Below are positions 52,307-61,481 of a stretch of 64,000 bases of DNA, in pieces (positions within the stretch are counted from its first letter, which is position 1; every line of letters starts with the position of its first letter). The notes beneath the pieces are model-generated. The model saw nothing but the letters and a program-made list of their open reading frames with translations, ran no database searches and was not told the DNA's origin. A program made the position numbers and the translations under genes. Origin of the DNA: Dehalococcoidia bacterium (lineage in GTDB: Bacteria; Chloroflexota; Dehalococcoidia; Bin125); contig CAXXSR010000002.1 of NCBI GenBank assembly GCA_963662615.2, forward strand, positions 160,001 through 224,000, written 5' to 3'.

Positions 52307-53224
52307 CTAGGCCGCCGAGGAGGGGTGAAGGCGAGCCGTCCCGGCCGAGGCGGTGTCCGCGAGCGGATCGGCGAAGATACGGGCAAGCACGTCGATGCCG
52401 TCGAAGGCGCGGGGCCCGGGACGACTGAACCAGGCGCCGGCGTCCACGGCCCAGACCGCGCCCTCCCTCACGGCCGGCAACTGTTGCCAGGACGGATTCG
52501 TCTCGAGTTGGCGCGCCTGCTGCACGACCTGAGGCTGGCTGAAGCCGCAGGGGAGCAGGATGACGACGTGGGGCTGCGTCTCGGCGATGGCATCCCAACT
52601 GGTCCGGGCCGACTTCTCGCCGGCGCGGCCGATGACGTCGATGCCGCCGGCGGCCTCGATCTGCTCCGGGACCCAGTGCCCCGCCGTGAAGGGCGGGTCC
52701 AGCCACTCCAGGGCAAGGACGCGTAGCAGCGGCTGCGGGGCAGTCGCGCGGGCGCGGGCGACGCGCGCGCGGAGAGCCGCCGTGACCTCCCGAGCCGCCT
52801 TGCCGCGGCCGGCGGCGTCGCCGACCTGTTCGATGGATTCAAAGATGCCCTCCAGGGTCAAGGGCGAGAGGGTGAGGACGCGCGCGCCCAGCTCCTCTTC
52901 GTGAGCGGCGCGGTGGACCTGGCTTTCGCTGACGGCGCAGACGTCGCAGAGGGCCTGGGTGAGGATGAGATCGGGGGCGAGGCGGCGCAGGAGGGGGGCG
53001 TCGATGGTGTAGGTGGAGCCGCCCTCGTGGAGGAGGGCGGCGACGGCACGGTCGATCTCGGCGGGGCGCATGTCCTGCATGTTGATGGCGGTGCGGGTCA
53101 GGACAGGGCGACCGACCACGGCCGGGGGGTAGTCGCACTCGTGGGAAACGCCGACGACTGCGTCGCCCAGTCCCAAGGCGAAGGCGATCTCGGTGGCGCT
53201 GGGGATGAGGGAGGCGATGCGCAT
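52307..53224 (-). CDS. Cobalamin/iron-siderophore binding (BtuF/TroA-like) protein
   Basis: RIASLIPSATE, GVSHECDYP and RPGPR motifs. Confidence 0.9.
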   Translation of the reverse strand: MRIASLIPSATEIAFALGLGDAVVGVSHECDYPPAVVGRPVLTRTAINMQDMRPAEIDRAVAALLHEGGSTYTIDAPLLRRLAPDLILTQALCDVCAVSESQVHRAAHEEELGARVLTLSPLTLEGIFESIEQVGDAAGRGKAAREVTAALRARVARARATAPQPLLRVLALEWLDPPFTAGHWVPEQIEAAGGIDVIGRAGEKSARTSWDAIAETQPHVVILLPCGFSQPQVVQQARQLETNPSWQQLPAVREGAVWAVDAGAWFSRPGPRAFDGIDVLARIFADPLADTASAGTARLHPSSAA

Positions 53225-53635
53225 TGCCGGCTCCTGGTAGTGGCGTCAGGAGGACCGCCCCGAGCATAGCGGTCGCGGGGAGATCCACTTCGCCCCCCTC
53301 TCTAGGGGCGGGCGATGGAGAGGGGACGCTGTGGGTCCGCCGGTGGAGCGCTGGCGACGCTGATGTCAGGGAGGTTCAGGACCGACATGGCGCCGCGGGA
53401 GCTTCGGGGGCGGGCGGCCGTGGCTGGGGGCTCTGGGTCCGGCAGGGAAGGGAGAGCCAAGACGAGATGAGACTCGCCAGCAGTAAAGCGGTCGTAAACT
53501 CCGTCACAATCGCTGTTGTAGTCGACAATATTGGCCACTTCTCGGTTGACAGCCTGATCAGCGCCCCTACACACTGTTCAGGAAATCACAAAGTGTGGCG
53601 GCGGTGGGATCGGTCGGTTACCGGGACCGCTCCCG

Positions 53636-53760
53636 CGCGATGTACCGAATCCTTCCAGCGGGAAGGACCGGGGGACCCGAGTCGGATGGGGTGAATTCCG
53701 CGCAGGCGGATAGGGCTCACCAGCCCGAACCCGGCAGCGAACCCCGGAGGCGCAGGCGGG
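53636..53760 (+). ncRNA. Cyclic di-AMP (ydaO/yuaA) riboswitch
   Basis: Conserved blocks in the expected order: GAATCC...GGA.CGGGGGACCC...TGGGGTGAAT...TAGGG...CCCGAACCCG.CAGC.AACCCCG.AGGC. Confidence 0.9.
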
Positions 53761-53812
53761 TGTGGGGCGGCGGCGAGCGACCGGGAGTTCGCGGAAAGAG
53801 AGGGCTCCGTCC

Positions 53813-54022
53813 ATGGCCGTGCTATCACCCCCCCACTGTCCCCGCTGTTCCGGATCCATGCTGTCAGAATCAGACGCGCACGGGGCGTACAGCAGCTGCC
53901 TGGCGTGCGGATACGTCTACGAAAGTCACGTCATCTCCGTCTTTGAGCTGGAGCAGGAGCAGACGGTTGAAGAGGGGCGCCAACGCCGCCGCCAGCCGTC
54001 GCACGGGAAGCTCCGTCTCTAG
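53813..54022 (+). CDS. Small zinc-ribbon protein (CPRC...CLACG) with basic tail
   Basis: Two CxxC pairs; purine-rich RBS; directly behind the riboswitch. Confidence 0.75.
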   Translation: MAVLSPPHCPRCSGSMLSESDAHGAYSSCLACGYVYESHVISVFELEQEQTVEEGRQRRRQPSHGKLRL

Positions 54023-54409
54023 CCGCGTCCCCCGTTGAGGTTCCTGTCTGGCCGGGGCTGCGATTGCCTTCCCAGTCGTTGCGGGGAGGGCGACCCTGTG
54101 GGTGCGCCGGCGGCGCCTGAGGCACTGTCTGAGGCGGTGCCTCAGACAGTGGCGGCTCGGACATGGCAGCGTCGAGAGAGTTCGCCTTGGGGGTCGCTGC
54201 GGGGGTCGGCCCGTGAGCCGAGCGGCCCAAGGGGGTTGCCGCAGTGGCGCATAGGGAGCCCAGGGGGCGGTTTTAGGAGGATGCACTAGGCGAGGTAGGC
54301 CGATCCCTGATATGCGACCGGGGGAGCGCCAGGGAGAATGGCGCTCAGACGGTCAGGGAAGACGCGGCCGAAATCGGCTGCGGGACCCCAGAGGAAAGGC
54401 TGCGTCACC

Positions 54410-54613
54410 ATGGTGCAATGCCGCCACTACTGGCTTCTTTCACCACCGCAGTCTGACAAGGTGATCGGCCACTGCAAGCGGTGCGATTCGGAGCGGATCT
54501 TTCCTGCTCGTCTGGACGACACGGACCGCAGCAATGACTACCTGGACCTGGCGGGGGGATCTGCCTCCTCAAGGGACCTGGCAGGGTCGTGGAGCGAGCG
54601 TGTCGCGTCGTGA
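54410..54613 (+). CDS. Small zinc-ribbon protein (CxHxW...CxxC)
   Basis: CRHYW...GHCKRC..ER.F; GAGGAAAGG RBS. Confidence 0.7.
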   Translation: MVQCRHYWLLSPPQSDKVIGHCKRCDSERIFPARLDDTDRSNDYLDLAGGSASSRDLAGSWSERVAS

Positions 54614-54725
54614 TGGCGCAGGCGCGCGCAAGGATTGCCGGCAGATTGGCCTGGGGGTAGAGTAGCGCTCCCATCAGGGGGCGGGCCCGGGACGAGCGGT
54701 CAGAGATCAGGGAGGCGTAAACGCA

Positions 54726-55463
54726 GTGGATACTCCGCAACCGACGAATGAGCCCGGCCTGAGCGCACCGCGACCGATCCGGGCGCGGGTTCGCGTGTTG
54801 ATCGTGGACGATCACGCGGTCCTGCGGCAGGCGTTGCGATTGCTGCTGGAGAGCCACGACGAGATTGAGGTTGTGGACGACGTGTCCAACGGGCGCGAGG
54901 CGGCGGCGGCGGCGGAAGAGCTGGACCCGGATGTGGTGCTGATGGACGTGGTCATGCCGGGCCTCAACGGCCTGGACGCCACGCGCCAGATTCGCAAGCG
55001 CTGCCCCAACACGCGCGTGCTGATCCTCTCCGGCTACGAAGAGGAGGAGCAGATCATTGAAGCGCTGCGTGCGGGGGCGAGCGGCTACCTGATCAAGGAA
55101 TCGGACATTGGCGAGCTGCTGCTGGCGATCCAAGCGGTGTCGCGCGGGAACACGTACTTCTCGTCGTCGCTGTCGGAGCGCGACGAGGGCAACGATTTTC
55201 TCCTGCGAGCGCGCAGCGGCGACGCGAAGGCGGGCTTCGATCGGCTCACCGATCGCGAGCGGGAGGTGCTGCAACTGATTGCGGAAGGCCATTCCAATCA
55301 GTCGATTGCGGATCAGCTGGTCATCAGCGTGAAAACGGTGGAGGCGCACAAAGCGCACATCATGAGCAAGCTGGGGGCTCGGAACCGCACGGACCTGATC
55401 CGGTACGCGATCCGGCGGGGCATCATTCGCTTGGACCCGGTGCCGCGGCTGCAAGCCGGCTAG
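54726..55463 (+). CDS. NarL/LuxR family response regulator
   Basis: VDDH, LMD and GYLIK receiver residues; LTDREREVL...SVKTVEAH HTH. Confidence 0.95.
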   Translation: MDTPQPTNEPGLSAPRPIRARVRVLIVDDHAVLRQALRLLLESHDEIEVVDDVSNGREAAAAAEELDPDVVLMDVVMPGLNGLDATRQIRKRCPNTRVLILSGYEEEEQIIEALRAGASGYLIKESDIGELLLAIQAVSRGNTYFSSSLSERDEGNDFLLRARSGDAKAGFDRLTDREREVLQLIAEGHSNQSIADQLVISVKTVEAHKAHIMSKLGARNRTDLIRYAIRRGIIRLDPVPRLQAG

Positions 55464-55481
55464 ATCCCCGAGCCGTCCCTC

Positions 55482-55778
55482 GTGAGCGATTCCAGGGCCG
55501 TTTCGATGCCGACTATCCTCATCGCCAGCGCCATGCCCGCGGGCTGGCTGGGCATCCAGCTGCGGCGCCTGGAGCGCTTGCTGTCGCTGCAGCGCGCCCA
55601 TGCGGAAGAGTTGAACGCGAGCGGGCACCGCCTCCTCCAGCAGGCCACGTTCACCACGTACATGGAGTGTCGCGAGCTGGGCGGGGAGCAGCTCGCCGCC
55701 GAGATGCTGGCGGCGCATCAGGCGAGCGTGGGAGCGGACCTCAAGTCCGGCGCGGCGCCCTCAGCGAGGAGCGGCTAA
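55482..55778 (+). CDS. Small hypothetical helical protein
   Basis: Codirectional ORF with typical codon usage between the regulator and flbD; start may be ATG at 55506. Confidence 0.55.
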   Translation: MSDSRAVSMPTILIASAMPAGWLGIQLRRLERLLSLQRAHAEELNASGHRLLQQATFTTYMECRELGGEQLAAEMLAAHQASVGADLKSGAAPSARSG

Positions 55779-56086
55779 CCGCTCCGCCTCAGCAACCACC
55801 GCCTTCGCCTTGTTGCCAACGCCCGGCCAGCCGGGCGCTTTTGATCTCTGCCGAGCGTTGCGGGGGAGCGCGGGGCGAGCCATTGGGGGCGCGCGCCAGA
55901 GCGGTCAGGGCACAGGGGCAAGAGCCTCGGGAATCTCCCAATGTGGAGGCGCAGGCACCCGCTCACATACTGATGGCATTGACGCTGATGACCTTGGCGC
56001 TGATGCCGTTGGTGGGGGCGACCGTGTGCTTGCGCGGAAAGACCGCCCCTGACTTGGCATGATTGCAGTGAAGTGCTGGAGGCGGC

Positions 56087-56323
56087 GTGATTGAGCTGAC
56101 GAGGTTCAACGGCGCGTCGGTCTGGGTGAATCCGGACCTCCTGCAGTACGTGGAGGCGAATCCGGACACGCGGATCACGCTGACGACGGGGACGAAGTTG
56201 GTGGTGCTGGAGGAGCCGGGAGTGATTGTCCAGCGAGTAGCCCTGTACCGGCGGTCGTTGTTGCAGGACCAGCTCAGTCCGGAAGCGGCATTCAAGTTGT
56301 TGCAACGGTCGGAGGACGCCTAG
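56087..56323 (+). CDS. flbD: Flagellar FlbD family protein
   Basis: MIELTR.NG....NPD...VE..PDT.ITL.TG.K.VV.E. Confidence 0.92.
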   Translation: MIELTRFNGASVWVNPDLLQYVEANPDTRITLTTGTKLVVLEEPGVIVQRVALYRRSLLQDQLSPEAAFKLLQRSEDA

Positions 56324-56326
56324 GCG

Positions 56327-57124
56327 ATGGATACGGCGACGCTGATCGGCCTGCTGCTGGGATTCGTTGGCGTTTTTAGCGGCAACATGATGGAGGGCGG
56401 CTCGCCGACGGCGCTGATCAACATGCCGGGGTTCCTGATCGTGGTGGTCGGATCGCTGGGGGCGGGGATCATGGCCGTGCCCATGGACACGGTCAAACGG
56501 CTGCCGAAATACATGGGCAAGGCGTTTAAAGAGCAATCGGTGGACACGGCCAAGATCGTGCCGCTGTTCGAGAAGATGGCGGACAAGGCGCGTCGAGAGG
56601 GCCTGCTCTCCTTGGAGGAGGAGGCCAACAACATTGATGACGAATTCACGCGCAAGGGGATGCAGCTGATCGTGGACGGGACGGACCCGGAGGCGCTGCG
56701 TGAGATCATGGAGACGGAGATCACCTCCATGGAGGAGCGCCACCACCAAGGCAGCGGCTTCTTTGAGATCATTGGCGGGTTCGCGCCGACGCTGGGGGTG
56801 CTGGGCACGATCATGGGGCTGATCTCGGTCCTGAGCCACTTGGACGACAGCGCGAACTTGGGGCACGGCATTGCCGTGGCCTTCGTGGCGTCGTTCTACG
56901 GCGTCTTCACCGCGAACCTGATCTGGTTGCCGCTGGCCAACAAACTGAAGCTGAAGAGCAAAAAGGAAGTGCAGATGCGGGAGGCGGTGCTGGAAGGCTT
57001 GATGGCGATTCAGGCCGGGGACAATCCGCGCATCGTCAAGGACAAATTGCAGGGCTACCTGGCACCGTCCGACCGGGGCGCCGCTGAGGAGGCAGAGACG
57101 GCGGCCAGCGCGGAGGCGGCGTGA
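56327..57124 (+). CDS. motA: Flagellar stator MotA
   Basis: ARREGLLSLE, APTLG.LGT..GL and ANL.WLP motifs. Confidence 0.96.
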   Translation: MDTATLIGLLLGFVGVFSGNMMEGGSPTALINMPGFLIVVVGSLGAGIMAVPMDTVKRLPKYMGKAFKEQSVDTAKIVPLFEKMADKARREGLLSLEEEANNIDDEFTRKGMQLIVDGTDPEALREIMETEITSMEERHHQGSGFFEIIGGFAPTLGVLGTIMGLISVLSHLDDSANLGHGIAVAFVASFYGVFTANLIWLPLANKLKLKSKKEVQMREAVLEGLMAIQAGDNPRIVKDKLQGYLAPSDRGAAEEAETAASAEAA

Positions 57125-57885
57125 GCAAGCGGGCCAAGAAGGCCGAGGCCCACGGCGGCGACGAGCGCTGGCTGATCACGTACGCGGACCTGGTGACCCT
57201 CCTGTTCGCGCTGTTCATTGTGCTCTTTGCCTCAGCCGAGCCGAACGGCGACAAGCTGGCGCGAACGGCGCAGTCGATCTCGGAAGCGTTCAACGTCGGC
57301 ATTCTCAGCGGCAGTGGCGGGGCCGGTTCCCTGTTCGACGAGGACGGTGGGACCGTGGCGCCGGATTTTGGCACCGTGGAGCGCAAGGAGTTCCAGCTGA
57401 TCAGCGACGAACTCACGGAGGCGGCGTTGGAGCTGCAGGTCTACGAGCAGGTGCAGGTGCGGTTGTCGGACGAGGGGATCGTGGTGTCGCTCTCCAACAA
57501 CCTGCTGTTCGCTCCGGCCAGCGCGGTGATGAACGACGACGCGCGCCCGCTCTTGGATCGCGTGGGGGCGACGCTGGCGGGTCTTCCCAACTTGATCCGG
57601 GTGGAGGGGCACACCGACGACATTCCGGTGAACTCGGGCGAATTCGCGAGCAACTGGGAGCTGTCCACGTCGCGGGCCACCGCCGTGTTGCGCTACTTGG
57701 TGGACACGAGCGGCGCGACGCCGAGCCGCATCCACGCGGCCGGGTACGCCCATTTTCAGCCGGTGGCCGACAACGCGACGCCGGAGGGGCGGGCGCAGAA
57801 CCGACGAGCGGACATTGTGATTCTGTACTCGACTGCGGCCATCGGCAGCGAGGCGGGGGCCAGCATCCCTGTGGGGGAGGAGTAA
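57121..57885 (+). CDS. motB: Flagellar stator MotB (H+-type FIVL signature)
   Basis: WLITYADLVTLL and OmpA-like GHTD...NWELS..RA...NRR motifs. Confidence 0.96.
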   Translation: MSKRAKKAEAHGGDERWLITYADLVTLLFALFIVLFASAEPNGDKLARTAQSISEAFNVGILSGSGGAGSLFDEDGGTVAPDFGTVERKEFQLISDELTEAALELQVYEQVQVRLSDEGIVVSLSNNLLFAPASAVMNDDARPLLDRVGATLAGLPNLIRVEGHTDDIPVNSGEFASNWELSTSRATAVLRYLVDTSGATPSRIHAAGYAHFQPVADNATPEGRAQNRRADIVILYSTAAIGSEAGASIPVGEE

Positions 57886-57888
57886 ACC

Positions 57889-58374
57889 ATGCTCGCAAAT
57901 CGCACGGTGCGCATGGGTCTGGTGGGCGTGCTGATCGTAGTGATCGGCTACATGTTCGTGCTGCCGCGGATGCAATCAAGCGACGCGGAGGCGGCCGTGC
58001 CGGAGCACCCGAACCCGGGACCCACGTACACGCTGGAGGCGAAGGTCTACAACTTGCTGACGCCGGCGGCGCAGACTCAGCGCTACTTGAAGGTGGGCAT
58101 GGTGTTCGAGTTTGAAGCGGAAGATCCAGCGTTCTTCGAACTGGAAGGGGAGGCGCTGGCCGTGGAGCTGGAACATTTCGCGGAGACGTTAGCGCCGAAG
58201 CGGCCGATCCTGGAGGACGCCGTGGGCGGCCTGGTCGCCAGCAAGACGCTGGACGATATTTCGACGGCGCTGGGGCGACAACAGTTCAAGGACGAACTGA
58301 GGGAGGCGGTGGGGGAGATTGTAGGGGAACCCCAGCTTCTGACCGTGTATCTGACCGAGTTCGTGTTCCAGTAG
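57889..58374 (+). CDS. fliL: Flagellar basal body-associated FliL
   Basis: N-terminal TM, NL....RYLK and VYLTEFVFQ motifs. Confidence 0.88.
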   Translation: MLANRTVRMGLVGVLIVVIGYMFVLPRMQSSDAEAAVPEHPNPGPTYTLEAKVYNLLTPAAQTQRYLKVGMVFEFEAEDPAFFELEGEALAVELEHFAETLAPKRPILEDAVGGLVASKTLDDISTALGRQQFKDELREAVGEIVGEPQLLTVYLTEFVFQ

Positions 58375-58376
58375 CC

Positions 58377-59495
58377 ATGGCCGACACCGACAACCTCAGC
58401 CAGCGAGAAATTGACAGCCTGCTGAAGTCCGGGCCCACGGATGCGGCGGACCAGCCGACCGCGCCGCGGCCGGGATCCCGTCTGGCCGGGCTGGCCAAGA
58501 CGGTGAAGCGCTATGACTTTCGGCGCCCGGACAAGTTCTCCAAGGAGCACCTGCGCACGCTGCAGGCGGTGCACGAATCGTTCGCACGGCTGGTGGCGTC
58601 CTCGCTGTCGAACCAACTGCGGACCGATGTGGAGATGAAGGTGGCGTCGATTGATCAAGGTCTCTACGAGGAGTACGTGGAGCAAACGGTCGGTCCGGTA
58701 TTCGTGGGCTTGGTGCGGATGGCGCCTCTGGACGGCTCAATTGTGATCGAGTTCGGGCAGGACCTGGGCTTGGTGATCGTGGACCGGCTCTTAGGGGGTC
58801 CGGGAGCGTTGTTGGAACACGGTCATGAGGTGACGGACATTGAACTGGAGTTGGTGCGCGGCTTCGGCGGCACGCTGGCGCGGAACTTGGGAGAGGCCTG
58901 GGAGAACCTGGCGAAGGTGGAGCCGACGATCTCCGATATGCACCAGGACATCCAGCAGGCGCGGCTGGCCCCGGCCTCCGAGGTGGTGATCATGGTCTTC
59001 ATGGAGGTCACGGTCGTGGGCGTGGTGGGGGGCATGAGCATCTGCACGCCGTTCAGCGTGCTGGAGCCCCTCCTGTCGCGCCTCACCGCGAACGTCTGGG
59101 TGGGGACGGGCGGCGCGAAGAACGTGCCGGCGGAGAGCCGAAAGAAGCTGCAGCGGCAACTTGAGCGGACGCCGACATCGATCGGGGTGGAACTGGGAAG
59201 CGCGGCGGTGCGCACCGCCGATCTGGCGCAGTTGCACGTGGGCGACGTGATCCGCTTGGAGGGGCTGGCGACGCGGCCAGTGGCGGTGAGCATGGGCAGG
59301 ATCCGCAAGTGGTACGGCCGTCCCGGCGTGGTCTCCGGGCGCGTTTCTGTGCAGTTGGAGGAGTGGGCGCCGGCGGAGGCGCCGAACCCCACGTCCGCGG
59401 ACGAGCCGGGGGCGTCCGCCGGGCCCAGCGAGGAGCCGGCGAACGTGGTCCCGCTGCCCGCGACACAGGAAAGCGAGGACGCCCGTGCCGCCTGA
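58377..59495 (+). CDS. fliM: Flagellar motor switch FliM
   Basis: LSQREIDSLL, YDFRRPDKFSKE and DRLLGG motifs. Confidence 0.95.
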   Translation: MADTDNLSQREIDSLLKSGPTDAADQPTAPRPGSRLAGLAKTVKRYDFRRPDKFSKEHLRTLQAVHESFARLVASSLSNQLRTDVEMKVASIDQGLYEEYVEQTVGPVFVGLVRMAPLDGSIVIEFGQDLGLVIVDRLLGGPGALLEHGHEVTDIELELVRGFGGTLARNLGEAWENLAKVEPTISDMHQDIQQARLAPASEVVIMVFMEVTVVGVVGGMSICTPFSVLEPLLSRLTANVWVGTGGAKNVPAESRKKLQRQLERTPTSIGVELGSAAVRTADLAQLHVGDVIRLEGLATRPVAVSMGRIRKWYGRPGVVSGRVSVQLEEWAPAEAPNPTSADEPGASAGPSEEPANVVPLPATQESEDARAA

Positions 59496-60534
59496 TCCGG
59501 CGATCTCTCCCGAGGCATTGATGGAAGACGAGACGTTCGTGGACTTCGGACGCCAACTGGGGGACGTGGCGCCGGTGGTGGCAGAGAGCGTGTTGAGCCG
59601 GCGTATCAGCTTCGCCAACGGCGCTTTGCGCCCGACGAGCGGAGCGGACATTGAGGAGGCGTTCGGCGCTCTGCCGCACGTGGCGGTGGAGACGCGCATT
59701 GCGCTGTCGGAGTCGGAGGCGTACCTGGGGACGGTGCTGCTGCCGCTGGCGACGGTGACGGCGCTGCTGGGCGCGGCGGGCGAGGCCGAGCCGGCGGCTG
59801 CCGACGAGGCCGCGGCCCTGCGAGAACAAATGGAAGCGAAGGCGCCGGAGTTCGTGAGCCTGCTCACGCTCATGCTCTTCACGGACTCACCGCTGCGTGC
59901 GGAGATCAGTGTGTCGGAGGTCCGCGGCGACTCCATTGAGGAGAGCGTGGGCATGCTGGTGGACAGCGCCGGCAATCCGACGTTGTACCGCTTGGACGCC
60001 GATCTGCAGTTTGGCGAGGACGAGCGGGGCGCGCTGACGCTCATTCTCCCGGCGGCGTTGCCGAGCGCCCTGGTGCGCGGGTTGACGGGCGCGGGCAAGA
60101 GCGCGGCGAACGCGAGTGGAACGCGGCCGCGCGACGAGGAAGGAAACGAACCAGCGCCGCGCCGGGCCATTGATCTGGATGACGACGAGGACGACGAGGA
60201 GTCCATCCCGATCTCGCCGTTGCAGTTCCCGAGCCTTCAGGCGGACGCGGGCGGCGGCGGTCCCCCGCAGCCGCTCGATCTCATCCTGGACGTCACGATG
60301 CGGGTCAGCGTGGAGCTGGGCAGGGCGACGCTGACGGTCCAGGAGATCTTGGCGCTGGGCCCGGGCTCCGTGGTGGAGCTGGACAAGCTGGCGGGCGAGC
60401 CGGTGGACATCCTGGTGAATGAGCGCCTGATTGCGCGGGGCGAGGTGGTCATGGTGGATGAAAACTTCGGCGTGCGGGTGACCGAGATCCTGTCACCGGG
60501 GGCGAACGCCGCCGCGATGAGGCGCGCCGCATGA
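59485..60534 (+). CDS. fliN: Flagellar switch FliN/FliY-like protein
   Basis: C-terminal LDV...VELG...GSVVELDKLAGEP...GEVV.VDENFGVR; long N-terminal domain. Confidence 0.9.
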   Translation: MPPDPAISPEALMEDETFVDFGRQLGDVAPVVAESVLSRRISFANGALRPTSGADIEEAFGALPHVAVETRIALSESEAYLGTVLLPLATVTALLGAAGEAEPAAADEAAALREQMEAKAPEFVSLLTLMLFTDSPLRAEISVSEVRGDSIEESVGMLVDSAGNPTLYRLDADLQFGEDERGALTLILPAALPSALVRGLTGAGKSAANASGTRPRDEEGNEPAPRRAIDLDDDEDDEESIPISPLQFPSLQADAGGGGPPQPLDLILDVTMRVSVELGRATLTVQEILALGPGSVVELDKLAGEPVDILVNERLIARGEVVMVDENFGVRVTEILSPGANAAAMRRAA

Positions 60535-61481
60535 ACGGCGGCGGGCGGCGGAGCATCAAGCCGATCTGGTTGGTGGGCGGGATCGTGGGCCTGGGCCTGA
60601 TCGTGCTGCTGGCCGGTCCCGTCTCCAGTGTCACCAGTGACCGCAGCGAGCCGCTCTTCGCCGAGCGCCCTGACAGCGATGAGCTGGAGCGGCTGGGCAC
60701 GTTCGCGGCGAACGAGAGCGGGGACGAGCGGTCTCTCGACGCTGCGGCGGGAGGAGACGGCGAGGCGTCATTGGTTGAGGCGGTGGGGGTTGAGACGGTG
60801 GGGGTTGAGACGGTGGCGGCGGCGGGCGCCGCGCAGGCCGCGGCGCCGGCGGGCGCCGGCGAGGGCGCGTCCGCGGAGACGGGGGCGGGGACAGACTCCT
60901 CCACTTCGATTATCGGCGCGAAAGTCGGCAGCTTTAGCACTGGCGATATTTTTGACCTGCTTTGGCGGTTGGCGCTGGTGGGCGGCATTATCTGGCTCTC
61001 CATCTTTCTGCTGCGGAAGTTCGTGGCGCGCAGCGGTCGGACGCAGAGCAATTCGGGCGCGCTGAAAGTGTTGGAGACGATTGGGCTGGCGAACAACCGG
61101 CTGATCTCCCTCCTGGAGGCGGGCGATCGGGTGCTGGTGGTGGGGAGCACGCCGACGCATGTGGCCCTGCTGGCCGAGCTGGACGACCCCGAGGTGGTCT
61201 CGGCGCTGCGCAGCGACGCGGATCGCACGAGTCCCAAGGTGGCGACGCTGGGGGAGATGATGCGGGGCTACGGCGAGCGGGCGGGCCATCAGTTCTCGCG
61301 GCGTTTCAGCCGTCCCCGCGCCGAGAGGAGCGCAGGGGCGAGCGAGCCGGGCGGCGATCTGACGCCCATCCTCCAGCAGCTCCTCAAGGCGCAGGCAGAG
61401 ATTGCGTTGAGCGCGGAGCGCTTGGAGCGGCCCTCAGCGGCGACGGCGGCGCCGTCGCCGGCCGGATCGGAGGGCGAGTGA
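60531..61481 (+). CDS. fliO: Flagellar biosynthesis FliO/FliZ family protein
   Basis: TM plus LKVLET..L.......L.E.G..VLVVG; position before fliP. Confidence 0.8.
   Translation: MNGGGRRSIKPIWLVGGIVGLGLIVLLAGPVSSVTSDRSEPLFAERPDSDELERLGTFAANESGDERSLDAAAGGDGEASLVEAVGVETVGVETVAAAGAAQAAAPAGAGEGASAETGAGTDSSTSIIGAKVGSFSTGDIFDLLWRLALVGGIIWLSIFLLRKFVARSGRTQSNSGALKVLETIGLANNRLISLLEAGDRVLVVGSTPTHVALLAELDDPEVVSALRSDADRTSPKVATLGEMMRGYGERAGHQFSRRFSRPRAERSAGASEPGGDLTPILQQLLKAQAEIALSAERLERPSAATAAPSPAGSEGE

Noticed and set aside
54280-54306. Sigma-28 promoter (GCCGAT) ahead of the flagellar region
   Set aside because: No TAAA/TCAAG -35 element at the expected spacing.
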